Assembly (NCBI GenBank): GCA_951406725.2
Contig: OX597814.1
Span: 123,256,001-123,320,000 of the forward strand
DNA length: 64,000 nucleotides
Source: Octopus vulgaris
Taxonomy: Eukaryota
Direction of reading: 5' to 3'
In this document: piece after piece, positions 51,100 through 63,330 of the stretch
How positions within the stretch are numbered: the first letter of the stretch is position 1
Layout: the number at the start of each line of letters is the position of its first letter
Notes under the pieces: generated by a model
The model's database searches: none
Told to the model about the DNA's origin: nothing
The model's input: only the letters and a program-made list of their open reading frames with translations
Position numbers and translations under genes: made by a program

Positions 51100-52800
51100 T
51101 CGGACAAACAGGCGACTAAACATCAGCAAATTAGAACGATACAAGGTGAAACAGAACCACTGTGAAGACCTGAGCAGCAAACTGAGCCAACTTGACATTG
51201 GTACAAAAGTAGCTGAAGAGAACTGAGTGATGTTCAGAGACGTGGTATACAACACTGCACTCACTCATCTGGGCCAAAACACGCGTGGACTCCCAGACTG
51301 GTTTGACGAAAACAATGAAGAAATTTAGAAAATACTCGATGAAAAGCAGGACAGCAGATCGGCTCCCGAGAAAACAGCCTAGACTGCTATCAAAAGCAAG
51401 ATGCAGGCAAAGCTCAGAGAAATGAAGGATTCCTGGCTCAGCAACAAGGTGGATAAAATACAGAAGTATGCTGACAGCAACAACTTCAAGCACTTCTATG
51501 ATACCCTGAAAGTCATCTACGGATTTCAATCATCTGGAACATCACCACTGCTCAATGCTGACGGGATTATTTTCCTCACTGACAAAAATGCAACCCTGAA
51601 AAGATAGGCAGAACACTTCAACAAAGTCCTGGCCAGGCTTTTCTCGATCGACGCTGAGGTTATTGCTCGCATGCCCCAGTTGACATCAACACTTCTCTGG
51701 CAGAACATCCAACAGATGCAGAGGTTCAGAAAGCGGTTAAATTTCTCTCAAATGGCAAGGCGCCAGGCTCTGACGCCATCTCAGCTGAAATATACAAGGT
51801 AGTGGGGGACAGTCTTGGCGCAAAAGCTCACCAACCTCTTTCAGACCATATGGCAACAGGAAATTGTTCCTCGGGAGTTCAAAGATGCTTCTATTGTCCG
51901 TCTCTACAAGAGAAATAGGAACAGACAATCCTGTGACAACCACTGAGGAATTTATCTCGTTACATTGCTGATATGATGCTCGCAAGAGTCCTCCTTAACC
52001 GCCTCCCTCAACACATAGAAAACAGGCATCTACCAGAGAGTCAGTGACTTCAGAGAGGGCCCAGGGACAGTCAACATGAAATTTGCAGCACGCCAACTCC
52101 AGAAGTTTCAGGAATAAAACAGGGACCTATATACGACGTTTGAAAACTTAAAGGCCTTTGACACCATCAGTCATGAGGGATTTTGGATGATCATAGAAAA
52201 GTTCGGCTGCCCAGACAAATTCATTAGCCCAGTGCGTCACCTTCACGACGGCATGCTCGCTCAGGTGCTGGACAATGGAGATTCTTCCGTTGCATTTCCA
52301 GTCACCAACGGAGTGAAGCAAGGCTGAGTACTTACACCTATGCTGTTCAACATGATGTTCTCAACCATAGTGGCGGATGCTTTCCGCAACATCGACGAAA
52401 CCAGAGTCAAGATCAGACTCAGGACTGATGGCAGACTCTTCAACCTGCTGAGACTACAGGCAAAGACCAAGGTAAAAGCGCTCCAAAGACACATTTAAAG
52501 CCTCTCTGAAGTGCTTTTAGATCAACCGCAACACCTGGGAAATGCAGGCACCGGACCACCTTGCTCAGTGTAACTGCACCAACAGAGGTACCACCTCCTA
52601 CGAACAGAACAAGATCGCAGGAGCACAAAGAGAACGTGAGCTGTGCAAGTCCAGGGCCAACTCTTTACCTTCATTCCCAGCAGGTCACCAGTAGCTGACC
52701 TGTAGCAGAAACTTCCGAGCATGCTTCAGCCTGGTCAGCTATAGCCAGACGCAGCATGGTCCATCTTCTTCTCCCTGGTCATCGTTCACAACAGCGGACG
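51100..52800 (+). mobile_element. Decayed RTE/BovB-type LINE
   Basis: WFDENN, KMQAKLREMKDSWLSNK..IQKYADSNNFKHFYDTLKVIYG, GKAPGSDAISAEIYK, KAFDTISHEGFW, GVKQG*VLTPMLF; many stops and frameshifts; internal deletion at about 52480. Confidence 0.85.
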
Positions 52801-53089
52801 AATATCATTACGAACCCTCGGGCAAAGTAAAAACGCTATGAACTCTATAGGCATAACTACAGCATACATAAATTAGCATTGAGTCCTCTAGGTCCTTGAG
52901 GCTGTCGGACAACTGACCAGTGTGTCTATGCCTTAAGACAGTGCTGGGTGGAGCGCCGAACTAAATATCATACAATATTCAGTTTCTTTGTTGTTTTTGT
53001 GTTTTGTTTTGTTTTGTTTTTTTGAGGCGGAAGGGTGGTCTGAATTCAGACCGCGCCGAGACAGATTTTACCTCTTAATATTTCTGTAC

Positions 53090-53400
53090 CAGTTCTGAGT
53101 TCAAATTCCGCCGAGGTCGACTTTGCCTTTCATCCTTTCGATGTCGATAAATTAAATATCAGGTGCGGACAGGGGTCGATCTAATCGACTGGCTCCCTCC
53201 CCAAAAATTTCGGGCCTTGTGCCTAGAGTAGAAAAGAATATTTCTGTACCAGTCTCAAATTCTGCCAAGGTCGACTTAGCCTTTCATCCTTTCGAGGCCA
53301 ACAAATTAAGTACCGTTTGGACACCGAGGACGTTGTAATCGACTTAACTCTCTCCCCCGAAAATGCTAGCCTTGAATTAAAATTTGAATTGAAATTTGAA
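53090..53400 (+). mobile_element. Two partial SINE family B copies
   Basis: gttctgagttcaaattccgccgaggtcgactttgcctttcatcc. Confidence 0.8.
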
Positions 53401-53619
53401 ATATTTCTATACCAGTCACGTACTGAGGTTAAAACATAATCGATTATTCTCTCTCATAAAATGCGCCCTTTCGTGGCAAGTTTAGAAGTTATTATTGTTA
53501 TTGTAGCCACTGCCGCTTCCGTCGATGTCGTTGTTTAGCCCAGGGTCAGCCTCGACCAGGAAAAAGACTTGATATCAAATATACACCGCCGGAAGTTCTT
53601 ATTGACAAACGACAGCAGT

Positions 53620-53833
53620 GATTCTATTCAGCTGAATACACGTCATTGATTGGTTGAAATTACCGAAATAGGACAACTTTAACGTGAAATAACTTCGTAA
53701 ATATAAGTTTTTCTCAAAAATGCTAAGAGTAAAAGATGTTTTATATGATATATTCTACCAGCGTCCGAAGTTTGAAAATGTTTGGTTACAAAAAATTATT
53801 TTTTTAAATCTGTCGGTCAAAAGGTAAAGATCC
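53620..53833. mobile_element. Half copy of a relative of the Merlin-like MITE
   Basis: Ends aaaatgtttggttacaaaaaattatttttttaaatctgtcggtcaaaaggtaaagatcc, similar to 43845-43903. Confidence 0.6.
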
Positions 53834-54106
53834 CAAAGATGTCCCGGCAGTGAACATTTCATCTTGTTTATCCTAGACTTTGTCCTTCCTGTCTTAAAGA
53901 CGGTGTGATTTGAAGGAAATTTAGCTGCTATTTCAAGCATGTGAAGTAATCACGTAGAGACTCTTGCTGTGACCCATTATTATCGTCGTTGTTTATGCTA
54001 AGAGATGTGAATTTGCGATTTAGCAGACTCTTTAAACGATCAGTGTAAAATACTTTTCGGCATTTGGTTCTGTGCTCAAATCCCACCAAGACTAGCTTTT
54101 TCTTAA

Positions 54107-54685
54107 GGCGGCGAACTGGCAGAAACGTTAGCACGCCGGGCGAAATGCTTAGTGGTATTTCGTCTGCCGCTACGTTCTGAGTTCAAATTCCACCGAGGTT
54201 GACTTTGCCTTTCATCCTTTCGGGGTCGATAAATTAAGTACCAGTTACGCACTGGGATCGATGTAATTGACTTAATCCGTTTGTCTCTCCTTGTTTGTCC
54301 TCTCTGTGTTTAGCCCCTTGTGGGTAGTAAAGAAATAGGTATTTCATCTGCCGTTACGTTCTGAGTTCAAATTCTGCCGAGGTCGACTTTGCCTTTCATC
54401 CTTTCGGGGTTGATTAAATAAGTACCAGTTACGCTCTGGGGTCGATATAATCGACTTAATCCGTTTGTCTGTCCTTGTTTTTCCCCTCTGTCTTTAGCCC
54501 CTTGTGGGTAGTAAAGAAATAGGTATTTCGTCTGCTGTGATGTTCTGGGTTCAATTTCCGCCGAGGTCGACTCTGCCTTTCATCTTTTCGGAGTCGATAA
54601 AATAAGTACCTGTTGAGTACTGGGGTTGATGTGATCGACTATCTCCTCCCCAAAATTTCAGGCCTTGTGCCTATAGCAGAAAGGT
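54107..54685 (+). mobile_element. SINE family B, trimeric
   Basis: One head followed by three copies of gttcaaattccgccgaggtcgactttgcctttcatcc at about 185-bp spacing. Confidence 0.9.
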
Positions 54686-54810
54686 TTATTACCGGTCACC
54701 GTTTTATTAGATAAGCCCTGTTTGCAGTAACGTAGCTAAAGTGTGTTCCAACCGGAGTAACCAATGAGTTTACTGCTTCTTCCTTCCCCCAGGCCCCGAA
54801 TCCTATACAG

Positions 54811-55135
54811 CAGTGGTTTTCAACCATTTTTTATCTATGCATCCCTTTGATTACTATTCTATTCTGGAGGACCCCCATCGCCATTCGACCTTTAAAAACT
54901 AGTTTTATAGATATTTCTTTCGGAACTCGTGTTTTTGTTTTTCACACATTAACTTGTGTTGAACAACGTAAAACGTTAGAGGAGGAAACTGAGCTGTTTC
55001 CGGCAAAGAAACATTGTTTTCATGGACACTTAAAATAATAATGTGGATCCTTAATTTACTATTTTGCTTGCGTGGATCCCCCAAAGTCTTATTTGGACTC
55101 CCTAGGGTCATATGGTCCCTGGTTGAGGACCACTG
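54811..55135. mobile_element. hAT MITE
   Basis: cagtggttttcaacc / ggttgaggaccactg; TSD ctatacag / gtatacag (7 of 8 match). Confidence 0.8.
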
Positions 55136-55796
55136 GTATACAGGCTTATACAGCAGACCAAAACAGCGCTACTCTCATAAAAGTCTCCCCGGGGCGGCCG
55201 GCTCTCCTTGGCCCCTCTAGCTACGCTACTGCCTGTTCGCGTAGATTTATAATAAAAGGCGTTCCAGTTACAACCATTCAGGCTTTCTCTCGGCGTTGTC
55301 TATCTAAGACTACAATATTCAAGGTGTCCAACTATCTTTCGAAAACAGTAGGATGTAATATCAGAAAGATTTGCTGGTTCTTTCTAAAGGTTTGAACGAG
55401 CGCACAGAGGTTCTCTCGTTGGCTTGTATAAGTCCCAGTTCTTAGAACTGTTTTGTCCCAGGTCAGTTGTGACTGTCCCGTCTTCTTGTTTTTCAGATTT
55501 AATTTGTTTGGAGTCACGTTATCCAATATGCTCATCTTCAAATCCGTAAGGAGTGATTTGAAGATTTGGCTATTATGTCTAGCTGGTTGACTAATCACGT
55601 AGATGTTAGCTCCCTCGTTAGCTTGTATAAGTACCACTAACATTCTGTCACAGAATCGGTCGAGTATACCCTTTTCCTACCGTGAATTGGCGTTTAGTCA
55701 AAATGAGAAATCATTCTTTTGAGAAGTTTCACGCACATTTATTTACTTACTGGTTAAAAACGTACCTATTTTAAAATATAGTGGAAGCTAGCTACG

Positions 55797-55804
55797 TGAC
55801 GTCA
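55797..55804. promoter_or_regulatory. Perfect CRE (TGACGTCA) about 520 bp upstream of the SQSTM1 ATG
   Basis: Palindrome in repeat-free, CpG-retaining sequence. Confidence 0.45.
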
Positions 55805-56320
55805 GTGGGAACTATGTTATAGCCGTCATAAATAGCATCTTACTCTAGTCTAGCTGCTTGCCAGAACAGAACCAAATAGGATTCTGCGAGGGCTTCTCAT
55901 TAGTAGTGACTTGTTCAGATATATATATATTTATATTTATACCCACCCACAAGAATTTCGAATCGCATTTCGCCTGCTTCAGCTCTTCCTCACAAATGTT
56001 TGCAACTAATTAATTCATACATCACCGACTTCTTATACTCACCCCTCCCCATCCAAGTTAGCTTCGGTCTGGTTAGATTTTTAGGGTTTGTGACCATCTC
56101 TTGTGACTTTTAATGTAATAGTCTCTGCTAGATTTCACAAAATGATTACTGCCCGGATGAATGGATTCCCTTTTTACGTCGAATAATCGTCAACTTCTAG
56201 AAATATCTACGAACAGTATTCTTTCGAACTTAACTCAGAGCGAGAGAGATAAACGAACGAGATCTCTCTCTCTCTGAATAATATCAACAATAATAAAAGA
56301 ACGAAGGAGGATCGCTAAAC

Positions 56321-56495
56321 ATGTCATTGACAATCAAGGCATATATCCTTTCAGGTCGATCTAAGACTGATTCCGTTGAGATACGAAGGTTCAATGTATC
56401 GGACAATACTGTCAGGAACTACTACCAACTTGAGGATAAAGTATATGAAGTGTTTCCTAGTTTGAACCGTACTGGAATCAATTTACACTGGAAAG
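56321..56495 (+). CDS. SQSTM1: Sequestosome-1/p62, first coding exon (PB1 domain N-terminal part)
   Basis: MSLTIKAYILSGRSKTDSVEIRRFNV...VYEVFPSL...LHWK resembles p62 MASLTVKAYLL...EIRRF...LFPAL...AHYRDEDGD; Kozak-like aaacATG; strong donor AAG|GTAAGT at 56496, phase 1, just before the OPCA Asp. Confidence 0.88.
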
Positions 56496-57441
56496 GTAAG
56501 TTGTTTTCACATCCCAGCCTTGCTACGGTCCTTCTCTCCTTCTCTCTCTCTCTCTCTCTCGCTCTCTCTCTCGCCCTCTCTCGCTCTCTTCCTAAACTTT
56601 GTTTCTACCCAAACAAAGTTTTAAACAAAAATTTAATTATAGGTTTTAGTCGTCCATAAAGAATAATAGCTGTGTGTGCAGCGGCGGTGAGTTTGTCTGG
56701 AAGATATATTACATGTCTTTATTCAATCTCAGACAAGAATGAATGAAGAGAGACAGAAGGACAGGAAAAAGAAAGAAGATAAGCGGCGATTTAACTATTT
56801 GATTTGTGTTCCACATCCCAAGAGATGGACTTTTTGGAACGATCGAACGAACACATGAAGGTAACCACGAGAGAAGAAGCGAACTAATTGTAAAGTTGAT
56901 GTTTTGTTTACGTATGTGCAAGTGTGTGTGTTTATACGTTGGTATGATTGCGTATGTGTGAGAGAGAGAGATTTTGCTTTGTTTTTCTGTGGATTTGAAT
57001 TAGTATGACTGTCGGAGAGAGGGTGCGTTATTTTGACATACTGGTATGTGTGTTGTGTTGTGTTGCGCAGTTTCCTCCTGTGCTGGGGTGTATGTAAATA
57101 TCCTAGTACACATCTATGAGTGTGTGCTTGCGTGTGTGTGTGTCTGTGTGTGTGTAGATGTGATCGTGTCGGTGTCTGTTACCTGTATATAGTTATGTCT
57201 CTCTATGTGAACATGATTGTTTGTTATAGTTGGTGTTTCTGATTAAATGTGACGACTGTAACATCAAATAACGAACAGTGAAGCAGCGGTGGGGGGGGGG
57301 GGAGAAAAAGCAGAAACAAATGGAATCAAACAGAACAGACATCTGTTTGGTTTATGTCATTACTGTTATTGCAGGAGACCTGTAATGGTTCCAGTAGAAT
57401 TTCTAGCAAATCTGGGAAAGAGTTGGAAAATGTCTGTGTAT

Positions 57442-57480
<39 letters not shown>

Positions 57481-58611
57481 TGTGTGTGTGAGAGAGAGAG
57501 AAGGGGGAGAGAGAGAGAGAGAAAGAGAAACTGCCTGTAAGAGTTTAAACGAATTTTTACATAAATGTGTGAATACAGATATATATAGTGTATGTATATA
57601 TGTATTTATACATACATATATATATGTATATATATAGAGAGAGAGAGAGGGGGGGAAGAGAGACGTATACAGATATATGCACATAAAAATGTATGTATAT
57701 ATGTATGTATATATATATTTATATACATTTATTTATATTTATTTATGCATGCGTATGCATATATATGTATGTGTAATGTATATGTGTGTGTATATATATA
57801 AATGTGTGTATATATGTGTGCATGTATGCACATATATACACACACATGTATGTATGTATGTATGTGTGTGTGTATGTATGTGTGTATGTATGTATGTATG
57901 TATGTATGTATGTATGTATGTATGTATGTATGTATGTATGTATGTATGTATGTGTGTATGTATGTATGCGTGTAATATAGAACTGTTCGATTTACAGGCG
58001 TAATATAAAAAAGATTCGAACTTTCAGTTTAGCTTCGTGTAAAAATTTTCAGCCTGGCAAAAACCTTCACTATCGTTTGTCGAAACTATTCTGTATAAGT
58101 ATAGAGTGTCGAACAAAATGCTTTGCGGTGTTTGTTCCTGCTCTATACGTCCTGAGTTCAAATCCCGCTGCGGTCACCCTTACCTTTTATCCCTCAGAGG
58201 GTCGATAAAATAAAGGGCAATCGATCTTTCGGTAAAAATCGATGATGTTACGAGTAAATGTACAACATTGTTTTTCATATGTTCGACAAAGCAACTAACG
58301 TCATGTACTAAAACCGAAACATTACCAAATAAAGTACGAGTCTAGCACTGGGATCGGTTGTATCGGCTAAAATCTCCTTTTCGAAACTGTGAGCCCTTGT
58401 TCCTTAATCAGAAACCATTATTACGGATATAAAAAAAAATATTGCCATATGTACGCGTATATGCGTGATGGAGGTGGGGGATTTATGCTACTGTTGTATA
58501 TAACCATTATTAAACATTAAACTGGAGGATTCCTCAAACTTATAGCAATCTTTAGGGCCTTAATCGAAAAGCTAAAGGTTGAGAACGTTGAAGTTATTTC
58601 CCTTACTATTT

Positions 58612-58647
<36 letters not shown>

Positions 58648-58648
<1 letters not shown>

Positions 58649-58815
58649 TTTATTTTAAGCAGCAGAAAATTCAACAAAATCTGTTACTCTGAGTTTCTCG
58701 TTGCCGTTCATCAGACAGTTTTTGCTAGAAAAAACTAGCAAAAACTGTCTGATGAACAGCAACGAGAAACTCAGAGTAACAGATTTTGTTGAATTTTCTG
58801 CTGCTTAAAATAAAG
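58648..58815. repeat. 81-bp-arm inverted repeat (1 mismatch, 6-nt loop) of a Penelope-like terminus
   Basis: ctttattttaagcagcag...tttttgctag aaaaaa ctagcaaaaa...ctgctgcttaaaataaag. Confidence 0.95.
58745..58782 (+). ncRNA. Minimal type I hammerhead-ribozyme-like motif (mirror copy 58681-58718 on -)
   Basis: ctgt CTGATGA acagcaacga GAAA ctc a gag TA acag: intact core, stem I ctgt/acag, stem III ctc/gag; stem II weak. Confidence 0.55.
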
Positions 58816-58988
58816 CATATTACTCTACCACTGGTATTTGAGTACTCTTTTTTCCACCTTGTTTCACATTTATGTGTTTACTCCGGTATATATATATATA
58901 GAGAGAGAGATTTTAAACACGTATGAAGTGAGTGCTTGTCTTCGAAAACATAATGTGTTTCAACTCATTATATTATACATGTAAGACC

Positions 58989-59047
<59 letters not shown>

Positions 59048-59051
<4 letters not shown>

Positions 59052-59704
59052 AATGAGATAAAAAAAAACCCAAGGCTGTGAAGATTTTAGAACATTTATA
59101 AATAGAAGGTATTACAGCTGTTTCCAAGATATTTATTATATCCCTTCATCGGAGACGGTGTGAGAAGATGGTTAAGCAATAATTAATTTAGATAAGATAT
59201 GAAATAGAGAGTGAAATGGGGGGGATGAAAATAGATGTGAGATATGGAGGGATATTGCATTTGTAGATCTATTATTTAGGCAGAATGGTATACATATAAG
59301 ATTCCAATACCTTGTGAGTAAATTGCAATAGTATTTAAAATTGGTCATTCCAAGTATAGAGTTTGTACACAGTGCTATTGAAAGTGACCTAAAAGTAGGG
59401 AATGTATTTGTTAGGTCAAATCGAAAACAGGAAGAGAGGAATAAAGAAAAGAGAAAAAAAGAGAAGAAAAAAAGAAGAAAAAAGAAAAAACAGGAAGAGA
59501 GGAATAAAGTAAAGAAAGAAAAAAGTAAAAAAGAAAAACAAGGAGAGTGATAACAAAGAGATGAAGACAGGGAAAGTGTACCAGTTAGTGGTCAGTCAAG
59601 ATAACTACTTTTAGGTCACTTTAAATAAAGCCCTTCAATGGCAATGTGTACAAACTCTATACTTGGAATGACCAATTTTAAATACTATTGGAATTTATTC
59701 ACTC
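59048..59704 (-). mobile_element. Penelope-like terminal repeat with a partial inverted copy and a decayed hammerhead
   Basis: 59315-59398 is inverted at 59605-59704; minus strand gtct CCGATGA agggatat aataa atatcttg GAAA cagctg TA at about 59113-59156. Confidence 0.55.
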
Positions 59705-61325
59705 AGCTGGCAAAATGGATAATCTTACGACAGACTGGCATCCTGTTCAAGGGTGGGGAATATATTATACCCTACTCAATCCAGGAAACCGGCTTTATGG
59801 GCCTATGTCTCAGGGAGGCACTTTGATACGGTTTGTGATCGTTATACATATTCCACGTAAATACTGTCTCCTTTCTATACCTAAATTTGATCTAAGTCAA
59901 CTGTTTGTGAAAAAAACACTTCCCCGATAAAATCTAATATTATTGAAACGTGGCCGTAGTTTCCACCAGCTGACCTTAAGAAAGGATCCACTTCTTATTC
60001 CAGTGATTTTTTTTTATTAACTTAGCGTTAACCTGAGAAGGAAACTGCAAGCAGCAAGGGAGATAACTCATTTGTTTCTTTTACTGACTTTTGAACACAC
60101 ATGCACACATACATGCACACACACACACACACAGTTTTGTCTTCAAATTGCGAAGATGTCTTCAGTGAAATGATTTTCAACTTGATGCGTTTCCCTTGGG
60201 CAAGATATATATGATATATTATACATGTATGTATGTATGTACACGTATATAAGTCGTTATTCAGTTTATTTCAAGATTTCTTGCCAATAGAGAAACCTAG
60301 ATTCAAAGCTCCATTGGAATTTCAACATCAACAACAGGGTATTTTTGTTTTTATGTATGTATGTATGATGTATGTATGTATGTTGTATGTCATTATTCAG
60401 TTTATTTCAAGATTTTTGCTTGTATGTACGTATATATGTATGTATGTGTATATGTATGTATGTATGTATGTATGGATGGATGTATGTATGTATGCTTGCA
60501 TGTATGTATGTATGTGTGTGTGTGTGTATGCATGTATGTGTTCTGTGTGTGTATTAGTGTATGTATGTAGTTAGGAGAGGGAGTATGACAGGAACAAGAG
60601 AAAGGGAAGTGTGAGTGGGTGGGTATATTCATAAAAGGGATGTCAGAGCAGAAAAGTGATGAGGGTGGGTTGTATAGGGAGTGGGGTTATGGCCATCTTA
60701 CATTTTAAGGCTGAGTGCAAAAGGAAGCTGGGAGGTAGGGAGCAACAGATTAGACAGGTAGAGAGAAATAAGCGAAGAAATCTGGGAGAGCCATTGAAGG
60801 AATGAGAGGTGAGGGGTCGTGGAATGGGCCAGAGGGTGAGAGGAAAAAGATGAGGTGTATTGAGGGGACAGAGGAGCTATAGGGAGAGAGAAAGGAGATA
60901 GAGGGTGGGGTGGGGTGGACTAGTTGTGGGTGAATGCAGTGAGGTATAGTAGAATGCTTGGAGGTGGAGTAGAAGTAAAGGGGAGAGCAGGGTGTGGGTA
61001 TAGAGAAAGCATCCCAGATGATGAGCGGTGGAGGGAGGGCTGAGAGAGGGATAGGGGGAGTAGTGGGTGCAGCGGGGGAGGGGCGAGGTTCAGTGAGAGG
61101 ATGAAATGCTAGAGGGCACCCTAGAGGTGTAAGGGTAGGTAGTGAGATAAAGACAATAGGAGGCATTGGGTGGCAGAAGAGGCACCTCCAGGAGGGAATG
61201 TGTTGTTGTTGTTGCTGTTGTTGTTAGTACAGCAGGCCAGGTACAACAGATGAGATGGGGGTAAGGGAGGGGCTATCCCTACTGTAAATTGTTGCTCAGA
61301 GTTATACTAGAAGACACTTGCTTAA

Positions 61326-61473
61326 CCCATTCCTTATTTTGAGATGCTCTGTTTTTCTCTCAATTATTTTAATGGTTCTGGGTTCAGTCCCTATAGTCTT
61401 CTACTATAGCCTTGGGCTGACCAAAGCCTTGTGAGTGGATTTGGTAGACAGAAACTGAAAGAAGCATGTCGTA

Positions 61474-61516
<43 letters not shown>

Positions 61517-61523
61517 GTATATG

Positions 61524-61555
<32 letters not shown>

Positions 61556-61866
61556 TGTATGTATGTATGTGTGTGTGTATGTGTGTGTATAGAATAAGTA
61601 CTAGGCTTACAAAGAATAAATCCTGGGGTCATTTTGCTCGACTAAAGGCAGTGCTCCAGCATGGCCACAACCAAATGACTGAAACAAGTAAAAGAGAGAG
61701 AGTATAACAAAGAATTTAGTAAAATAACTTAGTTATCATTAAGCTAGTTTTAGGAACATTAATTGTGACTAAGGTTTGGTGAAAGATTTTAATTCAAAAC
61801 TTATGAAAATATGACATTTGTACTACAGAGCCAGAGTCAGTTTCAGCCAGGTTGGTAACAAAAGGG
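61326..61866. mobile_element. piggyBac-like MITE with a nested SINE family A (61374-61700)
   Basis: TTAA-CCC...GGG-TTAA ends; left TIR degenerate. Confidence 0.45.
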
Positions 61867-61923
61867 TTAAGATGCTGCGCAGTGAAACTGAACTCAAGAC
61901 CATACACACATCGCATGCACACA

Positions 61924-61959
<36 letters not shown>

Positions 61960-62007
61960 TATGTCATCTTCATTCCCATTTGAAGTTTGTCTTCATATAT
62001 ATGTGTT

Positions 62008-62044
<37 letters not shown>

Positions 62045-62339
62045 ATAATGGAAGTATTGTATGTATGTATGAGTGTGTGTGTATAGTAGGTAGGCAGATA
62101 GGTAGGTAAGTAGGTAGGTAGTTTGATAGTTATCCACCCCCTTTAGTCAATTCAAATACAGAGAAAGCATATACACAAAATAACAGCTGTTGCTTTAGTA
62201 AACCCATAAGTTTTGTCTGTTCATCCATGCTGTACTGGGTAAATACCACCAAAGGTAAATACAGAAGAACAATCACTTTTTAACTCCACCCAAGTCCATC
62301 TGCCCTATTCCAAAGAGAGACATTGAAAAATCCCAATGT

Positions 62340-62510
62340 GGTCGTCACTTGACCTGCTAGAAATAGAAGCTAAGTCTCCCATAGATTGCTATTTTAATAA
62401 AAAGGACACATTGAATAATGTAGACCTAGAGACAGGATAGTTATGGCCAGAATAGCTTTGATCACGTGTGTGTCTGATCAAGGTTGACCTGGGGCTAAAT
62501 AATATCAACT
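62340..62510 (+). repeat. Dispersed short repeat (probable LINE 3' tail): tcacttgacctgctagaaatag...gacctggggctaaa
   Basis: Related pieces at about 1890, 9870 (-), 43225, 44200, 53535 and 53920 (-), 62535. Confidence 0.6.
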
Positions 62511-62689
62511 ACTGTTGCCAGATGGGGATAACTCTATCTACTGGAAATATCAACCATGTCTCACTCAAATTACACCCTCATTTTAGTAAAGGGTAGCAGC
62601 ATTAACAATTTCTTTGTTATCTGACTGCCAGAGATTTCAAGGATAGAATTAGTTACATGCCAGACCCTAACCCCTCCAAAAGAACATGC

Positions 62690-63330
62690 CACTGGAAAGT
62701 GTTGTGGTTCATGCTTCTTTTCTCTTAAGTGTTAAAACCCGAGTAGGTAAGATTTTCCTTAGCTTAATAGACAAGTACTTCCCCTGTACAAATAGGTTCA
62801 TTAAAATATTTAATAAGCACACCCTGAGAATTTCCTTTAGCTGTACAACCAATGTAAAAAAGATATTAGTAGGTAGACCCATACCTGAGACATAGGCAGG
62901 ATGTCCATGTAGGGGTAACTCAATGTGTCCACTGAATGCTCACTGTAATACAGAGGTTGTTGTATATGAGGCAGAAGCAACAGCAATAGGACCAAATTGG
63001 AAACCAAACATACAAAAGTACATGAGAGCAACTGAAGTCCCCTTCAGAATCCACTATAACAACCACAAGTCCTCTAACATCCTGGAGAGATGTAATACCA
63101 CAACTTTGGCCAAGCACATATGGTCATTCAAAAAAAGCACTACCACATACAGAATAAAGTACAGGATTTTAGAGTAATGTAAAGCATACTTCAAAAGCAG
63201 CAGGAAGCACAGATCATGCCTGACTGAGAAAAGAGTGATTTTAAAGGACTCCCAGCGCCCAGGCATCTACCTGAACAGCAGAAGTGAAATTTTTAGTCCT
63301 TGCCCACATAAAAGGAAGTACAACCTATCA
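62690..63330 (+). mobile_element. Penelope-like element ORF C-terminus (RT thumb/linker and GIY-YIG endonuclease), decayed
   Basis: SVKTRVGKIFLSLIDKYFP...KIFNKHTLRISFSCTTNVKKI; CPLNAHC...VVYEA...KYMRATE.PFRIHYNNHKSS...TTLAKHIW...CLTEK..I...LNSRSEI..CPHKRKY. Confidence 0.85.

Noticed and set aside
55332-55643. 103-aa minus-strand ORF as a divergent gene
   Set aside because: No recognisable domain or splice support
56496-56659. C-terminal half of the 112-aa ORF
   Set aside because: Lies after a consensus GTAAGT donor and runs through a (CT)n repeat; intron
60580-61290. Purine-rich G-tract region and the 138-aa Pro-rich ORF
   Set aside because: Low-complexity, probably repeat-derived; no motif identifies it
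62521-62590. SQSTM1 exon 2 (ccag|ATGGGGAT gives DGD)
   Set aside because: Lacks DxDGDxxxFSS, hits a stop after about 21 codons and overlaps a dispersed repeat
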